DNA of 64,000 nt, taken from positions 142,877 through 206,876 of the forward strand of contig CAVYYZ010000005.1 in NCBI GenBank assembly GCA_963772835.1. Reading direction: 5' to 3'. The notes under the pieces were generated by a model. It worked only from the letters and a program-made list of their open reading frames with translations. It had not been told where the DNA came from and ran no database searches. This document shows positions 21,288 to 31,246 of this stretch, piece after piece. This DNA comes from an uncultured delta proteobacterium (GTDB lineage Bacteria; Desulfobacterota; Desulfuromonadia; Geobacterales; Pseudopelobacteraceae). A program made the position numbers and the translations under genes. The number at the start of each line of letters is the position of its first letter. The first letter of the stretch is position 1.

Positions 21288-21303
21288 TGGCACGATCTGT
21301 GTA
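21288..21303 (+). promoter_or_regulatory. Putative sigma54 promoter of the secreted cupredoxin operon
   Basis: TGGCACGATCTGTGTA: consensus -24 with a TGTA -12; AT-rich tract upstream; lies directly after a sigma54 activator gene. Confidence 0.7.
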
Positions 21304-21506
21304 ATGCCAATAAGGCAAAAGATGTCTTATTGGTATCATGATGCAGAAGACAGTCGAGGTTTTATGAGGGAATGAAGCTATTGATCTGTTTCATATTATG
21401 AATGATTAAAACAGGGTGTCGTTAAATTTTCAGCAGATGTTTCAGACAAGTTCGTGTTGACTATGGTTTGGTCAGAGCAACCTTTTAGTATAATGGAGGA
21501 TGACGT

Positions 21507-24500
21507 ATGAAAAAGCAGTTAAACATCAGGCCAACTTTTTCCGTACTTGCTGCCGTGGTAGTGTTGTCTTTGATGACAGCGCTGGTACCATCCGCGCAAG
21601 CCGCTTTCACCATTAATGTAACCGGTAAAAATGCCGATGGCACGTCACCTCGACAGGTAACGGACTACAAATGGCTGGTGCAGGAAGATAATGCGTATGA
21701 TGCGGCCGGGCATGCCGGTGAATTAAACAGTCGCAACAGTGTGTCTGTGTCGATTCACAGAAGCAGTGCCAAAGTTCTTGCAACCGGCACCGGAACAAAT
21801 CCCGTGGTTAACCTGCCGTCAAATGGCCGTTACTTTCTATCTGTTATGGCCCCGGGATACACGATGACTGGCGGTGCTATCAGGCCCGGCGAAACCGGCA
21901 AATCTCTTGTGGTTTACAAAACCCCGCTGGTTGCTGCACAGATCAAGGTGCTGGTATTTCATGACAAAAGCCCGGTAAACGGTGCACCCGACGCCGAACC
22001 GCCGCTACCCGGATTCAAGATTATTCTTTATGACCAGTTTGGTCAACAGACTCAGGATATTTTCGGCAATCCGCTCGGAACGATCTATCAGACAACTGAC
22101 ATGCCGGGACAGGCATCGGGTTCAGGGGTTCCGGTGCTGAATGGTGACGGTTCTCCGACGGTCAAAGTCATGGGTGACGGCAATATTATCAGCTCAGCAA
22201 CCATGGACTCACTCGGCTTCGCAAATGTTACCATATCGAATCTGGGGCCGGGCAAATACGGTGTTCGTGCAATCCCGCAGGACGGCAGGCCCTGGGTACA
22301 AACATCCACCATTGAAGGGACACCGGGTATAGATGCCTGGGTCATTGCCGGCGAACCGCCTTATTATGAAGAAGCGGGTTTTTTTGGTGTTCACGCTTTT
22401 ATCGGATTCGTACTGCCGACAACCTTCTGCAGCGCAGTGCCGGCAGACCCCTACTGCCTGAACACCATGTTCAGGGCACCAATGGCCCTTGGCGAAGTGG
22501 CTGGTACCATTAACGGGCAGGTCGTGCAGAACCGTATCAATCGACCACCGGCACAGATGGGGCTGAATCCTGGTGAACCGGTACCGGATGCCTGGATTGC
22601 CTTAAGCGATTCCGGGGCTGCTCTGCGGCAGGTGTATGCAGCTAAGTGTGCCGCTGACGGCAGCTTTTCCATAAATGATGTTCCTCCCGGCACCTATTCG
22701 CTCACGATGTGGGATGCCCCTCTTGATCAACTCATTGACTTTCGCACGGTAACGGTTCCGCCTACTGGCGGAACTATTGCGCTTGGACAGATCCCGATTT
22801 TCCAATGGTTTGGTATCTATGAAGGTTCATACTTTAATGACAAAAACGTGAATGGAATCAGGGACCCCGGTGAAGAGGGTATTCCTAATCTGGCTGCAGG
22901 GTTCCGCTTCCGTGATGGTTCCATATATCAGGGACAGGTCTCGGATGCTTCGGGCAATTTCAGTTTTAATGAGGTCTTTCCGTTTTTCAAATGGATCATC
23001 GCTGAGAGTGATTACAGCCGCTTCTACCCTACCGGTGCGACTGTGTATGTTGACAAAGGGGGGAAGAATATCTTCAATATTAATGACAATCCAGCTGACC
23101 CCGATTCATCGTTGCTGGAAAAGCGTGTTGAAGCACCGGGGCCTGGCAGTCTACTGCAGGGGATGTTGCTCTATTTTGACAATACTGCCCGCATTGACTG
23201 GGGGCGCGCCCCTTATCCGGTAACCGTAGAAGGAAAGACCATCCGGAACGGCGGTATTTCAGGGGTCATTTCCTACGCGTTCACCCGTGCCGCCTCCGAC
23301 CCTCGATTTGATGGTCAGTCCACGTGGGAACCGGGTCAGGGCGATGTCGAACTCAAACTTTTCAAAGTTACCGGCTTTGATGCCGGAACCGGCAGACCGC
23401 TCTATGACAGCGGCAAACCGGTGGCGACTACCGTCAGTGACAGTTGGAACCGTTTTGTTTACGGAGATCCAACGCCTCAGCCTGATGCACGGAAAAACAA
23501 GGGGCGACAGCCGAATACCGGCCTCTTGACCGGCTGTCTTGATACTATGCAGGATGCCGGACTGTCGTTGACACCTGCCGGTATTCCGCTCGATCAATAC
23601 ATTGACTGTGCCGAGACCATCGCAGTATGGAACCAGATCAAACCGGCTGTTTACGATGGCGGGTATATTTTCACCGATATAGAGGATCCCAGCGACAGCA
23701 CGAAGACAATTCCGATTCCAGCCGGGCAATACGTGGTTGAGGTCATACCGCCGCTCGGTTATGAAATAAGAAAAGAAGAAGACCAGAATTACGTCGTCTC
23801 GGGGGAGTCATATATACCTTCTCGCCCGCAACCTGCCATAGAACCGGCCACCTGCGTCGGTCCTGATCATGTCGTCCCACAGTTCCTGACGTTTGACGGA
23901 GTAAGCCCGGCGCCATTTGCCGGCACAACCAGACCACTCTGCAATATGAAACTTGTTACACTGGACGATGGACAGAATGCGGCCGCTGATTTCCGCATCT
24001 TTACCCAGGTACCCCTGGCCGCAAGACTGATGGGACTGGTGACAGACGACCTAGGTCTGGAATTCCGCCCCGGCAACCCTCGCCTCGGCGACAAGCCGGG
24101 CGCGTCTTTCATGCCGATATCCATTCAGGATTTTAACGGTCACGAGTTGGTGCGTACATATACCGATGAGTGGGGCATTTTTGAGACGTTGGTTCCCTCT
24201 ACATTCACCACCAACATCCCGAATCCTACCGGGGTGAGTCCACACATGGTGAAAGTAGTGTTAAACCACCCCGGATTTGACCACACGAAACCTGATGTAT
24301 GGTACAAAGCCAACTATCCGACTGTTGTCTGGAAGATAGATGTATGGCCGGGCAAAATAACATACTCGGATACTCCGATCGTACCGATACGCCCGAACAT
24401 TGGTGCTGCTGACCTTGATTGCAATCCGCAGGACGGCACCCCGGCCATAAGCCAGGTTAACGGTCCGGCCGGTGGGCCATGGATTGAGAGCAGCGCCGCA

Positions 24501-26900
24501 GACACTTTCCTTACGATTAGTTCTTTCGGCAGCACGCTCTTAAGCAATCCTGATCCGGTAGCAGGAGGAGTAATTACGCGTGATTTTGGATTCGGGCAAA
24601 CAGCTGGCACTGTAACCCTTGATGGCATATCGGCCCTTGAAGTACAACCGGGCGGCTGGTCAAACACCTCCATCACGGTAAAAGTTCCTGCAGGAACACC
24701 AACCGGAGCATACCAACTGGATGTCACACGTGGAGACAATTCCAGGACAAGTATCAGCGGAATCACACTTCATGTGGGTGTACCGGCTTCTCAGGTAAGA
24801 CGAGTGCCGTCACAGTATGCAACGGTGCAAGCGGCCGTAGATGCGGCCGACAATGGCGACCTGATACTCATTGCGCCGGGGAGTTATGCCGAAAACCTGA
24901 TCATGTGGAAACCGGTCAGGTTGCAGGGTTACGGAGCTGCTGCAACGGCCATCAACGCCGGCTTTTTTACCCCCGAGAAAAGGGAAGTATGGAATAATTT
25001 CCTCAACAATCCGACCACGGGCACCGGTATTCTGTCAAATCCGGGAACGGGCAAGAGTTACTCTACTGACCCGGTTGGCAACCCGATACCGGTATTTACC
25101 AACGATATGGGCTCTGCAATTCTTGTTCTCGGCAGACATGATATCGCATCACCGGCAGCGGATGATTTTTATCAATCGCCGTCACGCATCGATGGCCTGC
25201 AGCTGACCCAGGCAACACTGGGTAGCGGCATCTATGTTCACGCATATGCCCATAACCTTCAGATAACAAACAACAAGATTTACGCAAACCAGGGTACTTA
25301 CGGCGGCGGTATCCGCCTTGGGACTCCGGTGGATCCGATAGCAGGAACAGCCAGCTACAGAAGTTCATTCAATGATAACGTGGCGATCAGTCACAATGAC
25401 ATCAGCTCAAACGGCGGCACCGGCTTTGCTATCGGCAGCGGCGGCGGCATAGGACTTTTCGAGGGATCTGATAATTATCGTATCAGCGACAGCTTTATCT
25501 GCGGAAATTATGCGGCTTTGGCAGGTGCAGGCATTGCACAGCAGGGCTTGAGCAATTCCGGATGGCAGACGAGCCCGGATGGAACTGTTGCCTTACCACG
25601 GACACCAAAGTATGGCGTAATAGAGCACAACATCATCATCTTCAACGAGGCCTTTGACGAAGGAGCCGGTATCTTTCTGGGTGGTGAAGCTACTCTGACA
25701 CCGAATCTCATCAATCCGGTAACTCCGGGAGTTGGCAATGTCATAATCAATGGCAATCTTATTCAAGGCAACAAGGCCGGAAACGTTGGCGGCGGAATCA
25801 GCCTGGTACGTTACAACGGCCTCGACATCCAGAACAATCCGCTCAACATTTCTCCCGATCCTACCAGTGACATAAGCCTGCCGGCCTGGCACAAGGTCTG
25901 GATCTATAACAACATGATAGTGAATAATATCAGTGCCGGCATAGGCGGCGGCATAGGCATTCTTGATGCCGTCAATGTTGACATCGTGAACAACACCATC
26001 AGCAATAATGACACAACGGCTACCGGAGAGACCGCTTTTGGTAATGTGCCATTTGTCGAAGGTCCGTTCGCCTTGATTGACAAAGTTACAACTCCGCAAC
26101 CGGCAGGAATAGGTGTACAGCCTTTCAGCGGCGAGCTAATTTCAAAGATGGATGCTACTCTGCAGCCGGGATATCAGGATTTCAGCAAAGCGCCCTTGAT
26201 TGCCAATAATATTATCACCGGCAACTTCAGTTATTACTGGGCCAACCCGTCAACCAACTCGATAGCCGCACTGTCACCGTATGTTTACTGGGATGCCGGC
26301 GTTTTCGGATCGACTACGGCTCATCTGAAAATCACGAATTCCATCTTGACCGATCCGACGACTTTTGATGTGAAAAATGATCAGATTGTTACAAGTGGAA
26401 CAAATAAAGAAACGGATCCGCAATTTGTTCAAACGTATCGCAACGCAATAGATACCTTCCAGGGTGGAGCAACCCTTGGCAATTTTATCACCTTCAGCTA
26501 TTCGCCTTTGACCTTGACCGGCAATTACCATATCAAGGGGACATCGAGCGCGATTAATTCAGGGGATTTGACCTCTGTGGTCGACTCAGTAGGTGCAACG
26601 CTCATCACATCCGACTACGATGGTGACAATCGACCGATCAGAAGTGCAAAGGCACCGGACAGCGGTGCAGACGAATACAACAATATTGGCGATGCCAACA
26701 ATGATGGTCAAATCAACTTTGTAGATGTAATGCTCGTGCTTCGACAGGTTATGCTGGCTCCGTCAGCTCAGGATCCTGTGATTAAGGCTCTTGGCGATGT
26801 GTATCCATTCAAGTTCGGCAGACCTTTTGGTGATGGAGTTCTAGACCTTAGAGATGCACTGCTGCTGCTGCAGCATGCCGCGGGTTTCATAGCATGGTAA
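21507..26900 (+). CDS. 1797-aa secreted multidomain protein (SdrD-B/Cna-like beta-sandwiches, IPT-like domain, right-handed beta-helix, C-terminal dockerin-like domain)
   Basis: Sec signal; VFHD..NG..D..EP.L and YFND.N.NG.RD.GE.GI; W.NTSITV.VP; VP.QY.TVQAAVDAA..GD.I.IAPG.Y followed by N-rich GGGI repeats; GDANNDGQINFVD. Confidence 0.85.
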   Translation: MKKQLNIRPTFSVLAAVVVLSLMTALVPSAQAAFTINVTGKNADGTSPRQVTDYKWLVQEDNAYDAAGHAGELNSRNSVSVSIHRSSAKVLATGTGTNPVVNLPSNGRYFLSVMAPGYTMTGGAIRPGETGKSLVVYKTPLVAAQIKVLVFHDKSPVNGAPDAEPPLPGFKIILYDQFGQQTQDIFGNPLGTIYQTTDMPGQASGSGVPVLNGDGSPTVKVMGDGNIISSATMDSLGFANVTISNLGPGKYGVRAIPQDGRPWVQTSTIEGTPGIDAWVIAGEPPYYEEAGFFGVHAFIGFVLPTTFCSAVPADPYCLNTMFRAPMALGEVAGTINGQVVQNRINRPPAQMGLNPGEPVPDAWIALSDSGAALRQVYAAKCAADGSFSINDVPPGTYSLTMWDAPLDQLIDFRTVTVPPTGGTIALGQIPIFQWFGIYEGSYFNDKNVNGIRDPGEEGIPNLAAGFRFRDGSIYQGQVSDASGNFSFNEVFPFFKWIIAESDYSRFYPTGATVYVDKGGKNIFNINDNPADPDSSLLEKRVEAPGPGSLLQGMLLYFDNTARIDWGRAPYPVTVEGKTIRNGGISGVISYAFTRAASDPRFDGQSTWEPGQGDVELKLFKVTGFDAGTGRPLYDSGKPVATTVSDSWNRFVYGDPTPQPDARKNKGRQPNTGLLTGCLDTMQDAGLSLTPAGIPLDQYIDCAETIAVWNQIKPAVYDGGYIFTDIEDPSDSTKTIPIPAGQYVVEVIPPLGYEIRKEEDQNYVVSGESYIPSRPQPAIEPATCVGPDHVVPQFLTFDGVSPAPFAGTTRPLCNMKLVTLDDGQNAAADFRIFTQVPLAARLMGLVTDDLGLEFRPGNPRLGDKPGASFMPISIQDFNGHELVRTYTDEWGIFETLVPSTFTTNIPNPTGVSPHMVKVVLNHPGFDHTKPDVWYKANYPTVVWKIDVWPGKITYSDTPIVPIRPNIGAADLDCNPQDGTPAISQVNGPAGGPWIESSAADTFLTISSFGSTLLSNPDPVAGGVITRDFGFGQTAGTVTLDGISALEVQPGGWSNTSITVKVPAGTPTGAYQLDVTRGDNSRTSISGITLHVGVPASQVRRVPSQYATVQAAVDAADNGDLILIAPGSYAENLIMWKPVRLQGYGAAATAINAGFFTPEKREVWNNFLNNPTTGTGILSNPGTGKSYSTDPVGNPIPVFTNDMGSAILVLGRHDIASPAADDFYQSPSRIDGLQLTQATLGSGIYVHAYAHNLQITNNKIYANQGTYGGGIRLGTPVDPIAGTASYRSSFNDNVAISHNDISSNGGTGFAIGSGGGIGLFEGSDNYRISDSFICGNYAALAGAGIAQQGLSNSGWQTSPDGTVALPRTPKYGVIEHNIIIFNEAFDEGAGIFLGGEATLTPNLINPVTPGVGNVIINGNLIQGNKAGNVGGGISLVRYNGLDIQNNPLNISPDPTSDISLPAWHKVWIYNNMIVNNISAGIGGGIGILDAVNVDIVNNTISNNDTTATGETAFGNVPFVEGPFALIDKVTTPQPAGIGVQPFSGELISKMDATLQPGYQDFSKAPLIANNIITGNFSYYWANPSTNSIAALSPYVYWDAGVFGSTTAHLKITNSILTDPTTFDVKNDQIVTSGTNKETDPQFVQTYRNAIDTFQGGATLGNFITFSYSPLTLTGNYHIKGTSSAINSGDLTSVVDSVGATLITSDYDGDNRPIRSAKAPDSGADEYNNIGDANNDGQINFVDVMLVLRQVMLAPSAQDPVIKALGDVYPFKFGRPFGDGVLDLRDALLLLQHAAGFIAW

Positions 26901-26970
26901 ATTGCAACGGAAACGCCAAAACCACCGTCAGGGGGCGCCCTGCAAGCGTCAGGCAACAGGAGGAATCCAG

Positions 26971-28341
26971 ATGAAAAGAATTAGAAATCTGACCATTGGC
27001 TGTGCATTTACGCTGTTTGCAAGCGCTTCTGCAGCATCGGCCTTTGTGCAGTATCCCTACGACATTGACAACACACCGAAATGCTGGACTGATTGGGCAG
27101 TTCTCGGGCCTGCGGTCTGCCCTTCCGGCCAGGAGAGAGGTGCAGAAGACATCGACTGGAACAACGACGGCATATTTGACGCGCCGCCGTTGTTGCCCAG
27201 CGGCAAGCCGTCCGCAACCTACATGCATTTGTCGGCCGGTGATGGCATGGCAAAAATGGCCGATGGCTCAGACATGTATATCTTCAGTTTCTCGAACCTG
27301 ACGGACATCAGAGCTGCAGACACAATGGCTGCAGGCTCATTCCACGCGGAAATATCGGCGCCCACGATCGATGTCAACGAAGGACAGGCTTTTTATCTCA
27401 CGCTGAGCAACGTCGGCATGGTGTTGCGCCCAGACCTCTTTGACCCGCATACGGTTCACTTTCACGGGTATCCGAATGCTGCGTCGGTATTTGATGGCGA
27501 GCCGATGGCAAGCTTCGGAATCCGGATGATGCAGGACGTGACCTATTTTTATCAGCCATACGGACCGGTGTATCAACCGACGTCGGAATGCGTAGACCCC
27601 GGTTCTGCCGGCACGTATATGTACCACTGCCATGTGGAGGCGACAGAGCATATGGAGATGGGCATGCTGGGCAACAGTATCATCCGGCCTTCTCAGGATG
27701 GTCTTTCAAAAATCTATTCGGGTGACGGCAAAACCTATACAAAGTTTGCGTATAACGATTGCCTGTCAGCAAGTGACCCGCTCTGCGGTTCCACCGGGTA
27801 TGACGTTGAAAAAGCGATACAGTTTACCGCGTTTGACCCTGTTTTCCATCAGGCCGATTTAGATGCACAGCCACCGCCTTTTTCAACAATTACACCGGTG
27901 TATTTTCTTTTAAACGGCAGAAGTTATCCGGATACAGTTTCACCGGTAGCCATTACAAACAGCGAGGGTTTCGCGGCCCAAAAACTGGATGCAAAAATAA
28001 CCGCAATCTCCGGTCAGACGATTCTCCTGCGTTTGTCAAATCTTTCCGTCAAGGATTTTATAACGATTGAGGCGCCCGGGTTAACGTTCAATGTGGTAGC
28101 AATGTGCGCCAGGCAATTACGCAATCCGGGACCTGACGGATTCTACGGTACTGCCGATGACCAGGATCTCTCCTATACCGCCAATTCAGTGATGATCGGC
28201 GCCGGAGAATCATTTGACGTTATCATAAGAACCGCCGGCGTTCCTGCTGGCACGTATTACCTGACCTCCAGAAACCTTGACCAGCTTAATAACAATGGCA
28301 TTGAGCGCGGCGGCGCCATGACAGAGATTACGATCCAGTAA
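26971..28341 (+). CDS. Secreted two-domain cupredoxin, multicopper oxidase subunit A (T1 site plus half of the trinuclear ligands)
   Basis: ATG at 26971 after AGGAGG; domain 1 has HTVHFHG and YHCHVEATEHMEMGM; domain 2 has no His motifs. Confidence 0.88.
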   Translation: MKRIRNLTIGCAFTLFASASAASAFVQYPYDIDNTPKCWTDWAVLGPAVCPSGQERGAEDIDWNNDGIFDAPPLLPSGKPSATYMHLSAGDGMAKMADGSDMYIFSFSNLTDIRAADTMAAGSFHAEISAPTIDVNEGQAFYLTLSNVGMVLRPDLFDPHTVHFHGYPNAASVFDGEPMASFGIRMMQDVTYFYQPYGPVYQPTSECVDPGSAGTYMYHCHVEATEHMEMGMLGNSIIRPSQDGLSKIYSGDGKTYTKFAYNDCLSASDPLCGSTGYDVEKAIQFTAFDPVFHQADLDAQPPPFSTITPVYFLLNGRSYPDTVSPVAITNSEGFAAQKLDAKITAISGQTILLRLSNLSVKDFITIEAPGLTFNVVAMCARQLRNPGPDGFYGTADDQDLSYTANSVMIGAGESFDVIIRTAGVPAGTYYLTSRNLDQLNNNGIERGGAMTEITIQ

Positions 28342-28359
28342 ATGATGGGAGGATTTTCC

Positions 28360-29898
28360 ATGAACACGTCTACAACAGTGTGGCGCCTTATGTTAGTTGC
28401 GCTTGTAGTAATGGCATCACCGGTCAGCCAGGCACACGCAATCATACAAGGCCTTACCGGTTCAACATTCAATTTCACCGCCAGGTCCGGGCACATTACC
28501 GCAGGAGATGGAGCCAGCCTGCTGTTCTGGGGCTTTGCCGACACAAGCCCGACTGGAAGCGGCATAGTTCAGTACCCCGGACCGACACTTATACTCACTG
28601 AAGGGCAGACAGTTACCGTCACCCTTGCCAATCAGCTTGCCGAACCGGTTTCTCTGCTTTTCCCCGGCATGACGATGACAAGTTCCACTACGCCGGTTTT
28701 TACTGCCGGGGCAAAAGCAAAGTTGAGTTCTCTTGCTCCGGAAGCCCCGCCGAATGGTACCCGAACCTATACCTTTAAAGCTTCAAAAGCCGGCACGTAC
28801 TATTATGAGAGCGGGTCCAACCAGCCGATCCAGTTGCGTATGGGGCTTTTCGGTGCAATTGTAGTACGTCCCGCAGCCTATAAAACGACCCCTCTCCCTA
28901 ATGTGGTTCCGTACGGACTGAACGCTTTTGCCGATTATCCTACAAACTCGGCACGGCATCCACAGGTCCGCGTAAACTACAATGACAGTACCGGAATCGG
29001 TGGTGTCGCGTATGCCCCATCCACGTCTAATGACCTGACAACCGCGTATGACCGTGAATATCTGATTGTAGGGAGCGAGATGGATCCTGATTTTCATAAA
29101 TGGATGGAATTCGGTGGTACATACAACCTGAGTAAGTGGAGATCAAACTACTGGTTTTTTAACGGCCGCAATGCTCCCGACACCATGGACATGCCGAATT
29201 CAGCCAACCTGCCAAACCAGCCGTATAACGCAATGCCCCTGGCTCATCCCGGCGAGCGGGTTTTGATGCGGCTTGTCAACATGGGGCAGGAATTCCACCC
29301 GTTTCACCATCATGGCAATCACTCCAGGGTAATCGCCATTGACGGGAACCTGCTCAGCTCGGATCCGGCCACCTCGGGTGCCGACCTTGCCTGGCTTGCT
29401 TTTACTGAAACCATGTCGCCCGGAAAAACCATGGATACAATCTTCACCTGGAGCGGAGCGAATCTCGGGTGGGATATTTATTCAGATACTGCGAGAATCC
29501 GCCCGTATGAATACATGGCAGACCATGGCAGGACATATCAGCCCAACATCCAGCCGGTGCAGGCACAAACAACGCCGCCGGTATCAACTCCTGCCTTGAA
29601 ATTACCTCCTCAGGGTGTACCGGTTGTACTTCCAAGCATTGAGCAGATCATTGCCGGGGCCACGTACAGCGGAAGCCCGTATCTGGGCGTAGCTGGCCCA
29701 CTTCCTCCCGGAGAAGGCGGTTTTAATCCCTTGAACGGCTATTTTTTCATGTTTCATAGTCATGCAGAGCTCGAAATCACCAATAACAACACTTTTCCCG
29801 GAGGAATGCTGACCATGATGGGTATAATCCCATGGCCTGATCCTGCAACCGGTGTCATGGACAATCTTGACCCCGCTTCAGATATGTACATGCCCTAA
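28360..29898 (+). CDS. Secreted two-domain cupredoxin, multicopper oxidase subunit B (other half of the trinuclear ligands, no T1 site)
   Basis: GGAGG RBS; domain 1 has lost its ligands (SLLFPG, YYESG); domain 2 has HPFHHHG and FHSH. Confidence 0.88.
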   Translation: MNTSTTVWRLMLVALVVMASPVSQAHAIIQGLTGSTFNFTARSGHITAGDGASLLFWGFADTSPTGSGIVQYPGPTLILTEGQTVTVTLANQLAEPVSLLFPGMTMTSSTTPVFTAGAKAKLSSLAPEAPPNGTRTYTFKASKAGTYYYESGSNQPIQLRMGLFGAIVVRPAAYKTTPLPNVVPYGLNAFADYPTNSARHPQVRVNYNDSTGIGGVAYAPSTSNDLTTAYDREYLIVGSEMDPDFHKWMEFGGTYNLSKWRSNYWFFNGRNAPDTMDMPNSANLPNQPYNAMPLAHPGERVLMRLVNMGQEFHPFHHHGNHSRVIAIDGNLLSSDPATSGADLAWLAFTETMSPGKTMDTIFTWSGANLGWDIYSDTARIRPYEYMADHGRTYQPNIQPVQAQTTPPVSTPALKLPPQGVPVVLPSIEQIIAGATYSGSPYLGVAGPLPPGEGGFNPLNGYFFMFHSHAELEITNNNTFPGGMLTMMGIIPWPDPATGVMDNLDPASDMYMP

Positions 29899-29919
29899 GA
29901 TGATAACGGAGGCTTCAAT

Positions 29920-31227
29920 ATGAACTTTATGCGGCTAAACATACCAACCATGAGCCTGCTGTTACTCCTTACGGCTCTCCCGGCATCACAATCACGCGCG
30001 GCAACCGTCACGTATAACCTGCGGGCAGAACTGAGTAATATGGCCATGCCAGACAACAGCCTTGTACCCGTATGGGGGTTCGCAGATGATTCTGCCGGAG
30101 CAAACTCCGGTGTAGTTACCGTCCCGGGGCCGCAATTGAAAGCGGCACCCGGTGATACCCTGGTAATCAACCTGAAAAACAATCTGCCGGTTCCGGTCTC
30201 GATTATTATTCCGGGGCAGAGATTAGTGCCGACGCCGACCTCTGACGGCGGGCGGGTATTGTCATTTGCCAATGAAGTGGCGGTCGGGGCAACAACTGCG
30301 TTAAATTTTACCTCGTTGAAAGCGGGAACATTTCTCTATGAAAGCAGCACAAACCAGGCTGTGCAGCTCCCAATGGGTCTGTACGGATCACTTGTAGTAG
30401 GACCGGGCGCTGCCGGCCCGGCCTATACTCCGACGGCTGCCAATCCCGGTACTGTCTACGACAGTTATGAAGTGCTGCTGTTCAGTGACATACTGGGAAG
30501 ATTTGATGCAGCCCAAAACAAATATGTAACGTATAATCAGGATGTGGCTGATTGGGTGATCAATGGAATGGCCGGTGCCGCCAAACCGAATAGTGCAACG
30601 TATAGCCCTGTATATTACCTGATTAACGGCAAAAGCTTTCCCGATACGATAACGCCGGGCATATTTGCACCACCATCCAAAAAGACTCTGCTGCGTCTGA
30701 TAAACGCAAGCGGTCATAACTACATGCCTGAAATATCAGGGACCTATTTTGATGTAACGAACCAGCCGCACGCCTTTTCAACCTCGGTTATTGCCGAGGA
30801 TGGAAACCTGTACAGATATGCCAGACCGGGGGTAGCCATGGTACTGCCGGCCGGAAAAACACTCGATGCAATGCTTGACCTCACCCAGGCTGTCAGCGAA
30901 GGTTATTATGCACTGTATGACCGGAGACTTGGTCTCACTAATGCCGGTACGTTTCCGGGAGGTATGCTGACCTTTCTGTCAAGCTGGGACGGCACCAAAA
31001 ACTGCAGCCCGCTCAAAGGTGATATGAACGGTGATGGCCGCATAGATTTTGCGGATGTCATGGCGGTGCTGCGAGTTATCATAGTCGGCGGCTATAATGC
31101 CAACGGGGATGTATCGCCGCTCTCGTTAAGTGGCCTACCGTGTGGCAACGGAGCTGCAGGTGGCTCTCTGACACTGACTGACGCACTGTTGCTGCTGCAG
31201 AAAGCGGCCGGATTCGGTCCGTATTGA
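29920..31227 (+). CDS. Secreted two-domain cupredoxin without Cu ligands, plus dockerin-like domain (subunit C)
   Basis: VPGP.L...GD...INL.N fold signature; SIIIPG and LYESS replace the His motifs; C-terminal GDMNGDGRIDFADV. Confidence 0.82.
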   Translation: MNFMRLNIPTMSLLLLLTALPASQSRAATVTYNLRAELSNMAMPDNSLVPVWGFADDSAGANSGVVTVPGPQLKAAPGDTLVINLKNNLPVPVSIIIPGQRLVPTPTSDGGRVLSFANEVAVGATTALNFTSLKAGTFLYESSTNQAVQLPMGLYGSLVVGPGAAGPAYTPTAANPGTVYDSYEVLLFSDILGRFDAAQNKYVTYNQDVADWVINGMAGAAKPNSATYSPVYYLINGKSFPDTITPGIFAPPSKKTLLRLINASGHNYMPEISGTYFDVTNQPHAFSTSVIAEDGNLYRYARPGVAMVLPAGKTLDAMLDLTQAVSEGYYALYDRRLGLTNAGTFPGGMLTFLSSWDGTKNCSPLKGDMNGDGRIDFADVMAVLRVIIVGGYNANGDVSPLSLSGLPCGNGAAGGSLTLTDALLLLQKAAGFGPY

Positions 31228-31246
31228 GCGCAGGGAGATCAAAAAA

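Noticed and set aside
26971..28341. Copper nitrite reductase (NirK) or stand-alone small laccase
   Set aside because: Domain 2 lacks the His ligands needed for a homotrimeric site; the missing ligands are in the next gene.
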